Part shown: positions 48,548 to 56,853 of the stretch, piece by piece
Position numbering within the stretch: the stretch's first letter is position 1
How the letters are laid out: each line of letters begins with the position of its first letter
Source: a virus
Lineage: Duplodnaviria; Caudoviricetes
Strand: one strand, 5' to 3'
Length of the DNA: 64,000 nucleotides
Virus record (IMG/VR): IMGVR_UViG_3300042691_021640
Location: 2,758 to 66,757 of that record
Position numbers and translations under genes: made by a program
The notes under the pieces: model-generated
What the model was told of the DNA's origin: nothing
What the model saw: the letters and a program-made list of their open reading frames with translations, nothing else
The model's database searches: none

Positions 48548-49344
48548 TCACTCATTATATCTATCCCTAAAGAATCTTTCCAACATAAAAAAGAATTATT
48601 TTTATGACCTTCTGGAATTGTGCCATTAATCCAAGTGCTGTTTAAAATAGAATTCCATTCTTGATCTGTTAGTTTTACGTTTGGAAAATCTATTCTTTTC
48701 TTTATAGGGATATCAATAAACACTTCTTTCGTGTCCGTGTATTGTGTTAATCTACCGCCGCAAGGGTATTCGCGTATTGAAATTTTACCATTATCAGCAA
48801 ATAGTAATTTAGTAACAAAGAATTTTAAATTATTTTCTTTGTAGAAATTCTGAACTGCTTCTTCTGTCCATAACTCATTTGCAAAAGGACCGGGGCCACC
48901 TTTTGAATTTGGAATAGAGTTATAAAACTTTTTGCTAGTTAAATGAGCCCTTTCTGAATATCGCCCATTACCTTGGTTGCCAGCAAGATCAACATGACCA
49001 GCAATTTTATTTTGTTCTAATGCTTCTTTATAGCTATTAAGTTCTTCTATAGTGAAGTCTCTAACCATAAACTGATCGCATTGTACATAAACTACATAAT
49101 CATTATCAAGATTAAATTCATTAAAAAGTTCTCTTGTCCCTAACCCGCAGCCAGAATTTTTTTTCCTTAAGATGAGTTTGTCAATTAATCCTTGATTGAA
49201 AAAAGAAAAAATGGCAGCGTGGTCTTCGCCGCCGTTATTTAGCAATACTACTTCGTGATTGAATTTAGTAAATTGCTTGATTGATTTTAAACAAAGCTCA
49301 GTTTCTTTGGGTCGATTATAATTTAATACTAAAAAGGAAAGCAT
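48544..49344 (-). CDS. GT2-like glycosyltransferase
   Basis: SFLVLNYNRPKETELCLKSI, VVLLNNG, NSGCG.G, VVYVQCD. Confidence 0.8.
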   Translation of the reverse strand: MLSFLVLNYNRPKETELCLKSIKQFTKFNHEVVLLNNGGEDHAAIFSFFNQGLIDKLILRKKNSGCGLGTRELFNEFNLDNDYVVYVQCDQFMVRDFTIEELNSYKEALEQNKIAGHVDLAGNQGNGRYSERAHLTSKKFYNSIPNSKGGPGPFANELWTEEAVQNFYKENNLKFFVTKLLFADNGKISIREYPCGGRLTQYTDTKEVFIDIPIKKRIDFPNVKLTDQEWNSILNSTWINGTIPEGHKNNSFLCWKDSLGIDIMSE

Positions 49345-49628
49345 TATTTACTTCTTTCAATGATATTATCAAGTTTTGCTTCTATTTTATCAAATCTAGC
49401 GTTAATATGCTCTGAGAATTTATTAAGATCTTCTTTATTGACGTATTCTTTAGGAAGAGAGATTTCAACACCATAGATTTTTCGTTCAAGATCTGAAATT
49501 TTATCTTGTTGTTTATCTATTGCATCAAAGTTTCTTTTAAATACCCAAGCAGCTAAGAAACTAAGAATAGATAATGCTATATTAAATAAAGTTTGCCAAT
49601 CCATAGTTGCTCCTGTTGTTGGATTCAT
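49344..49628 (-). CDS. Small protein with an N-terminal transmembrane helix and coiled coil (holin/XhlA-like candidate)
   Basis: WQTLFNIALSILSFLAAWVF followed by a heptad-rich region; the real start may be the second Met. Confidence 0.45.
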   Translation of the reverse strand: MNPTTGATMDWQTLFNIALSILSFLAAWVFKRNFDAIDKQQDKISDLERKIYGVEISLPKEYVNKEDLNKFSEHINARFDKIEAKLDNIIERSK

Positions 49629-49644
49629 ATTCGTTAGTTGTAAT

Positions 49645-49676
49645 AAAAAAGCGACTCTCTTGTAACAGAAAGTCGC
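49645..49676 (-). terminator. Intrinsic terminator
   Basis: Minus strand GCGACTTTCT-GTTACA-AGAGAGTCGC-TTTTTT: 10-bp stem (one G.U pair) plus U6. Confidence 0.75.
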
Positions 49677-49682
49677 TATAGT

Positions 49683-49760
49683 TCAGCGCACTACGTTTTT
49701 TCCGCTGTTTTGCTTTTGTTTTGCCTCTATCTTTTTGGAAAAATCGACCTTAATGTGCAT
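49683..49760 (-). CDS. Candidate 25-aa peptide MHIKVDFSKKIEAKQKQNSGKNVVR (not in the ORF track)
   Basis: ATG 8 nt after a GTGTAG motif variant; stop 6 nt before the terminator stem. Confidence 0.3.
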   Translation of the reverse strand: MHIKVDFSKKIEAKQKQNSGKNVVR

Positions 49761-49811
49761 ACAATATTCTACACCTTAGAAATACTGTATGAACAAAAAA
49801 GGTTGAAAATT

Positions 49812-51779
49812 TTAAAGACTAACTGGCTCACATTTTCCACCAGCGCAAGCAGCTTCTTGAGTGTGACTTGTTTCGTCTTCGTCCTCAATAAGCTTGGTGA
49901 AATCAACGCAAGACCACTCTTCCTGAAGCTTCTTGAACTTGGCTTCATCTTCAGGCGTTACAATTGCTTCCATTGGAGCTTGCTGATAAATCTTATCTCC
50001 AGAATAAGGCAATAAAGAAACAGCAGTAAAATACTCTTGGTTCTTGTAAAGGTACTCTGTAACGGTCTTCCATTCGTCATCTTTAACGATAACTGTGCAG
50101 CTAACTGAATGGTTTAAGGGTTTCTTATTGGCTTCGGTTGTCCCGCAGTTTACCCAATTAGTTTGAGTCAATTTAATAAGTTCCAAATGCTCAACAGCAT
50201 TAAGTTCAGATTTAATCTTGACATTCTTACCTACTTCAATAGGGAATGAGATAACATCGTCTACCTTGTTTGCGCTCCAAACGCTCTCTTCGCAAGCGTG
50301 TTCGTTAAACATCTTAAAGAACTTATAGACGTTATCTTCTTTATTGACCTGAATTCGGCGGAAGTACTTGCGAGCATGATGGGGGTGAATTCCAGAAGCA
50401 GCAGACAATACAATTGAATTAGTACCTTCTGGCTTGATGCAGGTCACTCTAGAAGCCTGATTGATGCCAATCTTCTTAGCCCATTCGATATTAGTATTAA
50501 CTGATACCTTGGCGGCTTCTCTTTGATACTCTGGATTAAAAAGGACTTCTGGATTGTCCATCATTCCCGTAATAGAAACGCCAAGCAAAGCCTCTTGCTC
50601 TGTTAGCTCCTCTGAAGTATGACCAAGATAAGGGAATGTGGTATAGGCAGCTTGCAGCGTACCGATCAAAGAAGCAGCCCAAGAAGCATTTTTAAAATCT
50701 TCTAGAGACTCAACTTTAGCTCCATTAATAGAAGTAAGGTTACAGAATTGGAATCCGCAACGCCCATCTTTAGTAATAGGAATAAAAGAAATCTCAAAGC
50801 AAGGATTCAAAAGCTGATTCTCATCAACAACGTACAAGAATCCCGGCTCGCCAAACTCTTTGGTCTTATTAATAAGGGTTTCAAACTCTTCATAAGAAGT
50901 TTTGCCGCGAATAATAATGGCAGAGTTATTTGATCTAGCTCTCTGAGGATTGTCAAGGAACCAATTTCCAGTCTTGGCGTTCATCATGTCCTTGTCTTGA
51001 GCGTCAAAGATAACGCTGCAAGCAGAACGGCGAATACCACCTGACAACACTGCATCGGCGCAATGCATCAAAATATCATAAGCATTAACGGTCTTAAGGC
51101 GAGTTTGATTGCTGTCTTCAATGATGGTGTCAAGCAAGAGCTTAACCTTGAAATGGCAGTTCTTAAGCCCCTTGTAACCGGGAGCTTTACCGCCGCCGGT
51201 CTTGAGTTTCGCACCTTTTGGACGAATTTTGCTATAATCAAATACAATCTTACGCCCAGAATAAGCAGTGTTCTTGAAATAGCAATTTAATAGGGCTTCA
51301 ATAGAGTCGCCCCAACCTTCAATATTATCAGTTACAGTATAAGTGATTACCGCTCCCGTCTTATCTTTAGCGTTAACGAGATCAGGGAGTCGATTGAGGA
51401 ACTTATCAGTGATACCAAATCCAACACCAGTACCACAAAGAAGAGTATAAAAGGACTCAGCAAAAGAACGAATAGAATCAATATGACGTACAGCGCAGTT
51501 AAAGATTCTTCCATTATGAGCTTCAACAGCCTTACCGCCGAATTGCATGCTCCGCATTGAAGGAGTAACTTTCCTTTCTCTAACCAAGTCGAAAGCTTTT
51601 GAGATTTCATATTTGTCTTCTTTTGGTAGGTGCTTGAATTTCTTCAAGTGCATGGTCTCGACTCTTGTAACAGTCTCGTCCCATGTTTCTCTACGCTTCT
51701 TCTTTTCATCATATTTTGCGTATTTTGTTACGAACGTAAAGTTCGCCATTTCATCTAGGAAGTTAATAGCCTTGCTCAT
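49812..51779 (-). CDS. nrdJ: Class II (adenosylcobalamin-dependent) ribonucleotide reductase
   Basis: RETWDETVTRV, PSMRSM, FNCA, GGIRRSA, NPCFEI, CNL, TCIKPEGT, C-terminal ACAGGKCE. Confidence 0.9.
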   Translation of the reverse strand: MSKAINFLDEMANFTFVTKYAKYDEKKKRRETWDETVTRVETMHLKKFKHLPKEDKYEISKAFDLVRERKVTPSMRSMQFGGKAVEAHNGRIFNCAVRHIDSIRSFAESFYTLLCGTGVGFGITDKFLNRLPDLVNAKDKTGAVITYTVTDNIEGWGDSIEALLNCYFKNTAYSGRKIVFDYSKIRPKGAKLKTGGGKAPGYKGLKNCHFKVKLLLDTIIEDSNQTRLKTVNAYDILMHCADAVLSGGIRRSACSVIFDAQDKDMMNAKTGNWFLDNPQRARSNNSAIIIRGKTSYEEFETLINKTKEFGEPGFLYVVDENQLLNPCFEISFIPITKDGRCGFQFCNLTSINGAKVESLEDFKNASWAASLIGTLQAAYTTFPYLGHTSEELTEQEALLGVSITGMMDNPEVLFNPEYQREAAKVSVNTNIEWAKKIGINQASRVTCIKPEGTNSIVLSAASGIHPHHARKYFRRIQVNKEDNVYKFFKMFNEHACEESVWSANKVDDVISFPIEVGKNVKIKSELNAVEHLELIKLTQTNWVNCGTTEANKKPLNHSVSCTVIVKDDEWKTVTEYLYKNQEYFTAVSLLPYSGDKIYQQAPMEAIVTPEDEAKFKKLQEEWSCVDFTKLIEDEDETSHTQEAACAGGKCEPVSL

Positions 51780-51793
51780 ATTAGGATAATAAA

Positions 51794-51799
51794 TTACAC
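51794..51799 (-). promoter_or_regulatory. GTGTAA motif 14 nt upstream of nrdJ
   Basis: GTGTAATTTATTATCCTAAT-ATG in a 50-nt intergenic gap. Confidence 0.45.
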
Positions 51800-51829
51800 C
51801 GACAGGAAGCTGATTTGGGAAATCAAAAA

Positions 51830-52174
51830 TTACAGTGCGACTCTGTTCGTGTGCTTTGCGCCACGACGCTTCTTGGAATACTCTTTTTGAGCCTTGTCTT
51901 TAACGGGGTCTACTCCTCTTTCTTTTTCTCTTTTTTCAGAAAGATCTTTCGAAGCATCCCACATTTCGCCAAGATTATAATTCTTTCTCTTAGTCTTTTC
52001 AACAAAATCTCGCTCAGAGTTCGCATCTATATGTGTATCTACACTTACATTAGGAGAGATGAAAATTCTTTGCCACTTGACTCCGCCCTCAGAATACACT
52101 TTCTCTGCGTCAATGCCAAGAAAAACTTCTTTGTATTCTTTCGTTTTAGGATTTTGAAAAATGTAAACTGGCAT
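51830..52174 (-). CDS. FmdB-like small protein (lacks the usual Cys residues)
   Basis: MPVYIFQNPKTKEYKEVF...WQRIF resembles the FmdB zinc-ribbon N-terminus. Confidence 0.45.
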   Translation of the reverse strand: MPVYIFQNPKTKEYKEVFLGIDAEKVYSEGGVKWQRIFISPNVSVDTHIDANSERDFVEKTKRKNYNLGEMWDASKDLSEKREKERGVDPVKDKAQKEYSKKRRGAKHTNRVAL

Positions 52175-52175
52175 A

Positions 52176-53255
52176 TTAGAAAAGAGAGAGAATCTGCTCT
52201 ACGGTCTTTTTGACGGTGAACTGGTCTTGCAACTTCAAACCTTCTTGGTTTATTTTGCTTTGCTTAACTCTGGCGATAGCTTTTTCGCAACCTTCAATAA
52301 AAGCTTCTTCAGACCATTCAAAAATATTTCCTTGATTAAATTCTTGCCCTTGATGAAAGAACATTCCATCATAAGCAGGAATTTTGCTTGAAGGATTTAT
52401 TAGAACTGAATTTTTATCATTAGCCCAAGCAGTGTAAGCGTGGGCGTTAACAATTACAGAATGCTTGCCAATTGCGACAGACTGAAATTCTGGCAATGCC
52501 CAGCCTTCGCCGCCAGAAGCACCAAGGATAACGTCTGCTGAATTTAGAAATTCATTATAAAGATTAACCTGAGCCATGTGACCAAAGAAACTAACATTGA
52601 AGAATTTCTTTCCTTCAACTGCCATGTTAATTAGTTTGGTGTTATCTTCTTGGGATAGAAAGTTATTATAAAGAGCGCACTGCAAAGAGTAACTGCTATT
52701 ATTAGCATACTTATTGATCCATGCGCGAATAGCTTTTACATGGTGCTTGCGCTTCTCAAACTTGCCACAGAGATTAAACGTAATTCTTCCATCATTAAAA
52801 TACGTCTTGTTTGTAGCTTTAAAATTCTTTGCATCAAAGAACAGGGGTAAATAAGAAGTATTACCTACCCCATGTTCATTGAATACCTTCACAGAATAAG
52901 GAGAGGAAACTAATACCTTGTCATTATTTTTTAAGATATTAATTTCAGTCTGAGTGAGGGCATCAAGTTCGTGAAAAGTAAGAAGGAACTGCCTGTCACT
53001 ATAAGACTCAAGGGAACCATTAATATGCCATAGTTTAAAAACTGGATCTTTTCTTGAATGATATCGAAGACCTTTCTTCAAACAAGAATTAAACCAATTC
53101 TTAAAATCTTCCGAAACCTCCTCCTGCCCAAAGTCAGGATTGCCAATCATAAACAATGATGGCTCCAGCTTCAAGGAATAAATCTCCTTGAGAAGCTGAA
53201 TTGAGACCTGACCAAAGCTGGTCGTGTTTACTGGAAGATGTAAGGCAAATTTCAT
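52176..53255 (-). CDS. GT-B (GT4-like) glycosyltransferase
   Basis: TSFGQVS..L, FNLCGKFEKRKH, LNSADVILGASGGEGWALPEFQSVAIGK. Confidence 0.82.
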   Translation of the reverse strand: MKFALHLPVNTTSFGQVSIQLLKEIYSLKLEPSLFMIGNPDFGQEEVSEDFKNWFNSCLKKGLRYHSRKDPVFKLWHINGSLESYSDRQFLLTFHELDALTQTEINILKNNDKVLVSSPYSVKVFNEHGVGNTSYLPLFFDAKNFKATNKTYFNDGRITFNLCGKFEKRKHHVKAIRAWINKYANNSSYSLQCALYNNFLSQEDNTKLINMAVEGKKFFNVSFFGHMAQVNLYNEFLNSADVILGASGGEGWALPEFQSVAIGKHSVIVNAHAYTAWANDKNSVLINPSSKIPAYDGMFFHQGQEFNQGNIFEWSEEAFIEGCEKAIARVKQSKINQEGLKLQDQFTVKKTVEQILSLF

Positions 53256-53256
53256 G

Positions 53257-53613
53257 TTAGATCAAATCATCATCTGCGCTGACTTGGCTGACTGCGGCCT
53301 TTACAAGAGGCTTAACTACTGCGCGAGGAGCGGCCTTTGCTGCTGGAGCAGGAGTGGGAGCGCCTTGAGTTCCAGTGAGGGTTTCGTACTGAGCCTTCTC
53401 CATAAAAATCTGAAAGTCAGGAGAGCCGTCGTTCTTCTTCTTGTTGTTCGGGAAAACAATGATCTTAACTTCGTCAAAGTTATCCTTGATATCCTTAAGG
53501 CGGAATTTACCAGTTAGATACTCAGAACCACTAGAACCTTTACGGCTCCAAAGTGCGCCAAGTTCGCGTCGAATTGTATTACTTTCAGTATTGTTAGTAT
53601 TAGGAGTAGGCAT
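53257..53613 (-). CDS. Small protein, DUF736-like / putative ssDNA-binding
   Basis: ELGALWSRKGSSGSEYLTG...VFPNNKK....PDFQI and an acidic C-terminus DDDLI. Confidence 0.45.
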   Translation of the reverse strand: MPTPNTNNTESNTIRRELGALWSRKGSSGSEYLTGKFRLKDIKDNFDEVKIIVFPNNKKKNDGSPDFQIFMEKAQYETLTGTQGAPTPAPAAKAAPRAVVKPLVKAAVSQVSADDDLI

Positions 53614-53628
53614 AATATATGCAATAAA

Positions 53629-53657
53629 ATACTAGCCTATACATCCCGAAAAGTAAA
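53629..53657 (-). promoter_or_regulatory. Sigma70-type promoter TTTACT-N17-TAGTAT
   Basis: Exact 17-nt spacing; -10 element is 15 nt from the ATG. Confidence 0.55.
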
Positions 53658-53663
53658 GTCTAT

Positions 53664-54251
53664 TTACACAAAATCTTGCATTTCTTTGCTCTCGATTTTT
53701 GTCTTTAAAAACTCTAAAGCTTTCTTGTGCAAAGTGATTGCTGTTTGATATGTGACTCCAAGTTCTTTGGATATATTCTTCCATTTGCGAGAAGATTTGT
53801 CCCCATAGTATCTCAGCATGATTATTTTCTCCAACCTCTTGTCTTTCATCTGAGAAAGAAGATTAAAAACAAACTCCTTCTTTTCTTCAAAATCATTAAT
53901 CTCTTGGCATAAATTTGCTGCTATGTTTTTCTGATTTTCATCATCAAGAGAAATCGCCCACTTGTGTTTAGTAATATTTGTTAAACATTTGTATTTAACA
54001 TGGTTAGCAAGCCAAGTCGAGAACTTACTATTTTGTGTCTCGTCAAAATTAAGAGTGCATTTATAGATAATGTAATCTTTTTCACTTACAAGATCTTCTG
54101 GGCTTATTCCTCTTTCTTGAAGAATCTTATTGTATTTCTTAAAAATATCAAAACAGAGAGGCGAGTGCCTTTCTATAAGAGTTTTTAATGATTGGTTGCA
54201 TTGATGAAGTTTTACCTTCGTTACAAGTTCGTTGTCAGTTGAGTCTATCAT
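53664..54251 (-). CDS. Phage RNA polymerase sigma factor (sigma70 regions 2 and 4)
   Basis: LKTLIERHSPL, FD....SKFSTWL.NHV (region 2), W..I.KELGVTYQTAITLHKKAL (region 4 HTH). Confidence 0.8.
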   Translation of the reverse strand: MIDSTDNELVTKVKLHQCNQSLKTLIERHSPLCFDIFKKYNKILQERGISPEDLVSEKDYIIYKCTLNFDETQNSKFSTWLANHVKYKCLTNITKHKWAISLDDENQKNIAANLCQEINDFEEKKEFVFNLLSQMKDKRLEKIIMLRYYGDKSSRKWKNISKELGVTYQTAITLHKKALEFLKTKIESKEMQDFV

Positions 54252-54867
54252 GTGCGAAAAGCTTACCTTCTTTTACGAAGATGTCAACAGTCTTTTTAAC
54301 CAAAGACTTCAAATATTTTTCAGGATCTGCATGCTTCCAGCGAACAATATAATCAGAATGTTGTCTAAGAAGAGGATCGTTTCTTCTCTCATCATCATTC
54401 GCAGGATTGCAAATTGAACCGTTATCAAAAAATTTTTCAACATAAATTAAAACCCCTTTATTTTCTTCCTTTAGCCAGACCACTTCGTCAGCAGGATATT
54501 CGAAGTGTCTAATATCAGTTACACAAAAAATATCAGAGCTTTTAAAATTTTCACTCTTCTTGTATTCTTCAATCACTTCATCTAATTTTGAAATCCAATA
54601 TCTTCCATTTGTTTCTTGTCTCATTTTTCTTGCATGTTCGACAAGTTCAAATCTCACTTTGTTTTTATCTTCAGAAGAGCAACTTAGAATATCAACTCCA
54701 TGCTTATTAACAATAAAATCCCGCAAGTCAGATTTTAAAATGTCAGCTAGAGCAAACCTTACTACGTTCACTCCAAAGTCTTCTAAACAAAATTCCTTTA
54801 GTAATTTATAGTAAGTATCCTTACCAACAGTAGCTGCGCCAGAAATTCCTAAATACAGGTTAGACAT
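54235..54867 (-). CDS. Deoxynucleoside monophosphate kinase
   Basis: GISGAATVGKDT P-loop, RFALADILK, R..LVEHA...R....RYW, VTDIRH. Confidence 0.8.
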   Translation of the reverse strand: MSNLYLGISGAATVGKDTYYKLLKEFCLEDFGVNVVRFALADILKSDLRDFIVNKHGVDILSCSSEDKNKVRFELVEHARKMRQETNGRYWISKLDEVIEEYKKSENFKSSDIFCVTDIRHFEYPADEVVWLKEENKGVLIYVEKFFDNGSICNPANDDERRNDPLLRQHSDYIVRWKHADPEKYLKSLVKKTVDIFVKEGKLFAHDRLN

Positions 54868-54875
54868 AGTAAGTA

Positions 54876-54904
54876 ATAGTATTTAAGAAAGGCTGGTTTG
54901 TAAA
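54876..54904 (-). promoter_or_regulatory. Sigma70-type promoter TTTACA-N17-TACTAT, 8 nt from the ATG
   Basis: Exact spacing read from the sequence. Confidence 0.65.
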
Positions 54905-54906
54905 AG

Positions 54907-55130
54907 GAACTGCCAGCTTTATGATTTTTCTTTGAGTTAAAATAGGAAAAGGCTTGTCATCTCTAAAGAGTTAGAGATTTCAAAATAATCAAGAGTTACC
55001 CATTTCAATCCTTCGCAGTCTGTTTATCAGATTTTCAGCCTTCTTAAGAAAGCCTAGCTAATGACTAACTCTTTGTTTAAGTTCTTTGTCTTTGCGGGTG
55101 GGATTTTTCTTAGGACGAACTGCCAGCTTT
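54907..55130. repeat. 14-bp direct repeat GAACTGCCAGCTTT (54907-54920 and 55117-55130)
   Basis: Two exact copies 210 nt apart, each followed shortly by TTC/TTTGAG. Confidence 0.8.
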
Positions 55131-55324
55131 TTCTTTTGAGAAAAATGAGGTTTCAGCTTTTTCAAAGTCTTCTCCTTGCGGAACGTCGCCTTTTCCCGAA
55201 ATGGCGCTGGATTTCTTAGATCCAGTTGACTAGGGTCTTTTTACGGGCCTGATGTCTCTGATGCGTTCAAACTGGGATATCCCCAGTAGGCTGTTCACCC
55301 AGACAAAGAACTAACTCATCCTAG

Positions 55325-55741
55325 TCAGGGAGACTTGGTTTTGTCAAAAGTTTTTTCGCGCAACTCGCTGAAGATGACCAAAAGGTTCTTGATGTCCTTC
55401 TCGCTGATTGAAGCTGGGGTGCATCTTTCAGAATCGTTTTCAATGAGAGCGCAATAAGAATTAATAATTTCTGCGATAACGAAAGAAGTTTTAGGAGAAA
55501 TAGTGACGTTCTGCTCGTAAGCATCAAACTTCTTAGAAAGAATCCAATAATTATTATTTTTAAACGTTGCCTTTTTTACGATTCCGTTCTTCTCAAACTC
55601 TTCAAGAGTACACAAGACGCAAGCTCTTTCAGATTCTGGATTCTCGGAAATAGTGAGTAGTTTGGTAAAATCATTCTCACAGAAACTATCATTCTGAAAA
55701 TACCATTGATATAATTTAACTGAAGCATCTGCGATTGTCAT
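55325..55741 (-). CDS. Hypothetical protein (138 aa)
   Basis: First gene of the minus-strand block; TATGAT lies 5 nt upstream of the ATG. Confidence 0.6.
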   Translation of the reverse strand: MTIADASVKLYQWYFQNDSFCENDFTKLLTISENPESERACVLCTLEEFEKNGIVKKATFKNNNYWILSKKFDAYEQNVTISPKTSFVIAEIINSYCALIENDSERCTPASISEKDIKNLLVIFSELREKTFDKTKSP

Positions 55742-55818
55742 ACTTAATCATACAAGAATGCCAGAAAAAGCTCCAAATAAACTTGATTTTTTGCTTTTGC
55801 TGCGCGAGAATATTGTCC

Positions 55819-56277
55819 ATGAGACTTTCTTGGCACGAATATGGATGCATGATGGCTCTTGCCGCTTCCTCTAGAAGCGAAGACCCTCACACCAAAGTTG
55901 GGGCTTGTATTCTAAACAAAGAGGGGAGGATAATTTCAACTGGCTACAACGGCCTCAAAAAAGGCTTCCCAGTCAAAGAGTGGATGAAGAAAGAGGAAAA
56001 TCGTCCAAGAAAGCGAGAAATAATGATTCATGCAGAAACTAACGCTTTGTCCTTGATAAGAAGAGGAGAAGGAGAGAGTATATGCTTGACAATCTCACCT
56101 TGCTTCGCTTGCGCCAAAGACATTGTTTCTCATGAGATTCAAAGAGTGTTTTATATTAAAGAGTATGATCAGTGCAATAAGTTCAAGGAAATCTTTGATT
56201 TTTATAAAATTCATTACCAAGAACTAAAAGAAGAAAACCTTTCCAAAATTAAATCTCATTTACAATCATGGATATAG
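55819..56277 (+). CDS. dCMP deaminase
   Basis: RSEDPHTKVGACI, STGYNG, HAETNAL, PCFAC. Start reassigned to the ATG at 55819 (MRLSW). Confidence 0.92.
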   Translation: MRLSWHEYGCMMALAASSRSEDPHTKVGACILNKEGRIISTGYNGLKKGFPVKEWMKKEENRPRKREIMIHAETNALSLIRRGEGESICLTISPCFACAKDIVSHEIQRVFYIKEYDQCNKFKEIFDFYKIHYQELKEENLSKIKSHLQSWI

Positions 56278-56753
56278 AATCAATCGTACCAGTTAAGTTC
56301 GTGAAGTTAAACAACTTAGCCATCACTCCAACTCGCCAAAAGACTGGAGATGCTGGCTATGACTTGTACGCAACTGAAAACGTGAGGATCAAGCCAATGA
56401 GCCGCGCTCTCGTTAGCACTGGTCTTTCAATTGAGGTTCCTCAAGGTTACTATGCAAGAATTGCTCCTCGCAGCGGTCTGGCAGTTAAGAATGGAATTGA
56501 TGTTCTTGCTGGAGTTGTAGATTCTAGTTATCGTGGAGAAGTTAAAGTTGTTCTTATGAATCTAAGTATTGATCTTGCAAGCATGATGGGACTTACTCCA
56601 AATATTGCTGGTTCAAATTTTGATTTCAACATCAAAGCTGGAGACAGAATCGCGCAACTTATCATTGAAAAGTATCACGCTGTTGATTGGCAAGAAGTCA
56701 CTCAACTTTCTTCAAGCGAAAGGACGGGCGGATTTGGAAGCACTGGCGTGTAA
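56268..56753 (+). CDS. dut: Trimeric dUTPase
   Basis: AGYDL, APRSGLA, GVVDSSYRGE, GDRIAQLI, R.GGFGSTG. Confidence 0.95.
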   Translation: MDIESIVPVKFVKLNNLAITPTRQKTGDAGYDLYATENVRIKPMSRALVSTGLSIEVPQGYYARIAPRSGLAVKNGIDVLAGVVDSSYRGEVKVVLMNLSIDLASMMGLTPNIAGSNFDFNIKAGDRIAQLIIEKYHAVDWQEVTQLSSSERTGGFGSTGV

Positions 56754-56756
56754 GAA

Positions 56757-56769
56757 TGTCACTGTGACA
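56757..56769. promoter_or_regulatory. Perfect inverted repeat TGTCAC-T-GTGACA, candidate upstream activator site
   Basis: 55 nt upstream of the sigma54-type element. Confidence 0.35.
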
Positions 56770-56824
56770 ACCAATTTTGTCTCAGAATGTCTCAAATAAG
56801 CAGTAAAAAGGCGGTTTTTAAAGT

Positions 56825-56840
56825 TGGCACAGTTTTTGCT
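56825..56840 (+). promoter_or_regulatory. Sigma54 (RpoN)-type -24/-12 promoter TGGCAC-AGTTT-TTGCT
   Basis: GG at 56826-27 and GC at 56838-39 are separated by exactly 10 nt, matching the TGGCAC-N5-TTGCW consensus. Confidence 0.7.
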
Positions 56841-56853
56841 AGAGGAAAATTCT

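Larger units (their letters stand above)
54868..55327. other. Largest non-coding region of the window, dense in inverted repeats
   Basis: No ORF of 60 aa or more. Stems ATCTCTAA/TTAGAGAT, CTGGAT/ATCCAG, ACTGGG/CCCAGT, long-range TGACTAGG/CCTAGTCA, palindrome TTCTTAAGAA. Confidence 0.6.

Noticed and set aside
32910-51779. Inteins or introns in DnaE, DnaB, RecA or RNR
   Set aside because: Lengths and motif spacing are normal; no splice-junction or homing-endonuclease motifs noticed.
55200-55330. HEARO/omega-RNA, riboswitch or group I/II intron assignment for the structured region
   Set aside because: No IscB/TnpB/HNH/RT gene adjacent and no diagnostic conserved motif recognised; left unassigned.
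56748-56753. GTGTAA at the dUTPase stop as the Hsp20 promoter (likewise 53664-53669 for the 118-aa gene)
   Set aside because: These are 50-100 nt from the next start, and better-matching sigma54 and sigma70 elements lie closer; the copies may be coincidental Val-stop pairs.
56824-56853. CIRCE element or the listed TTG start upstream of Hsp20
   Set aside because: The sequence does not fit TTAGCACTC-N9-GAGTGCTAA but fits the -24/-12 consensus; the TTG lies within that element.
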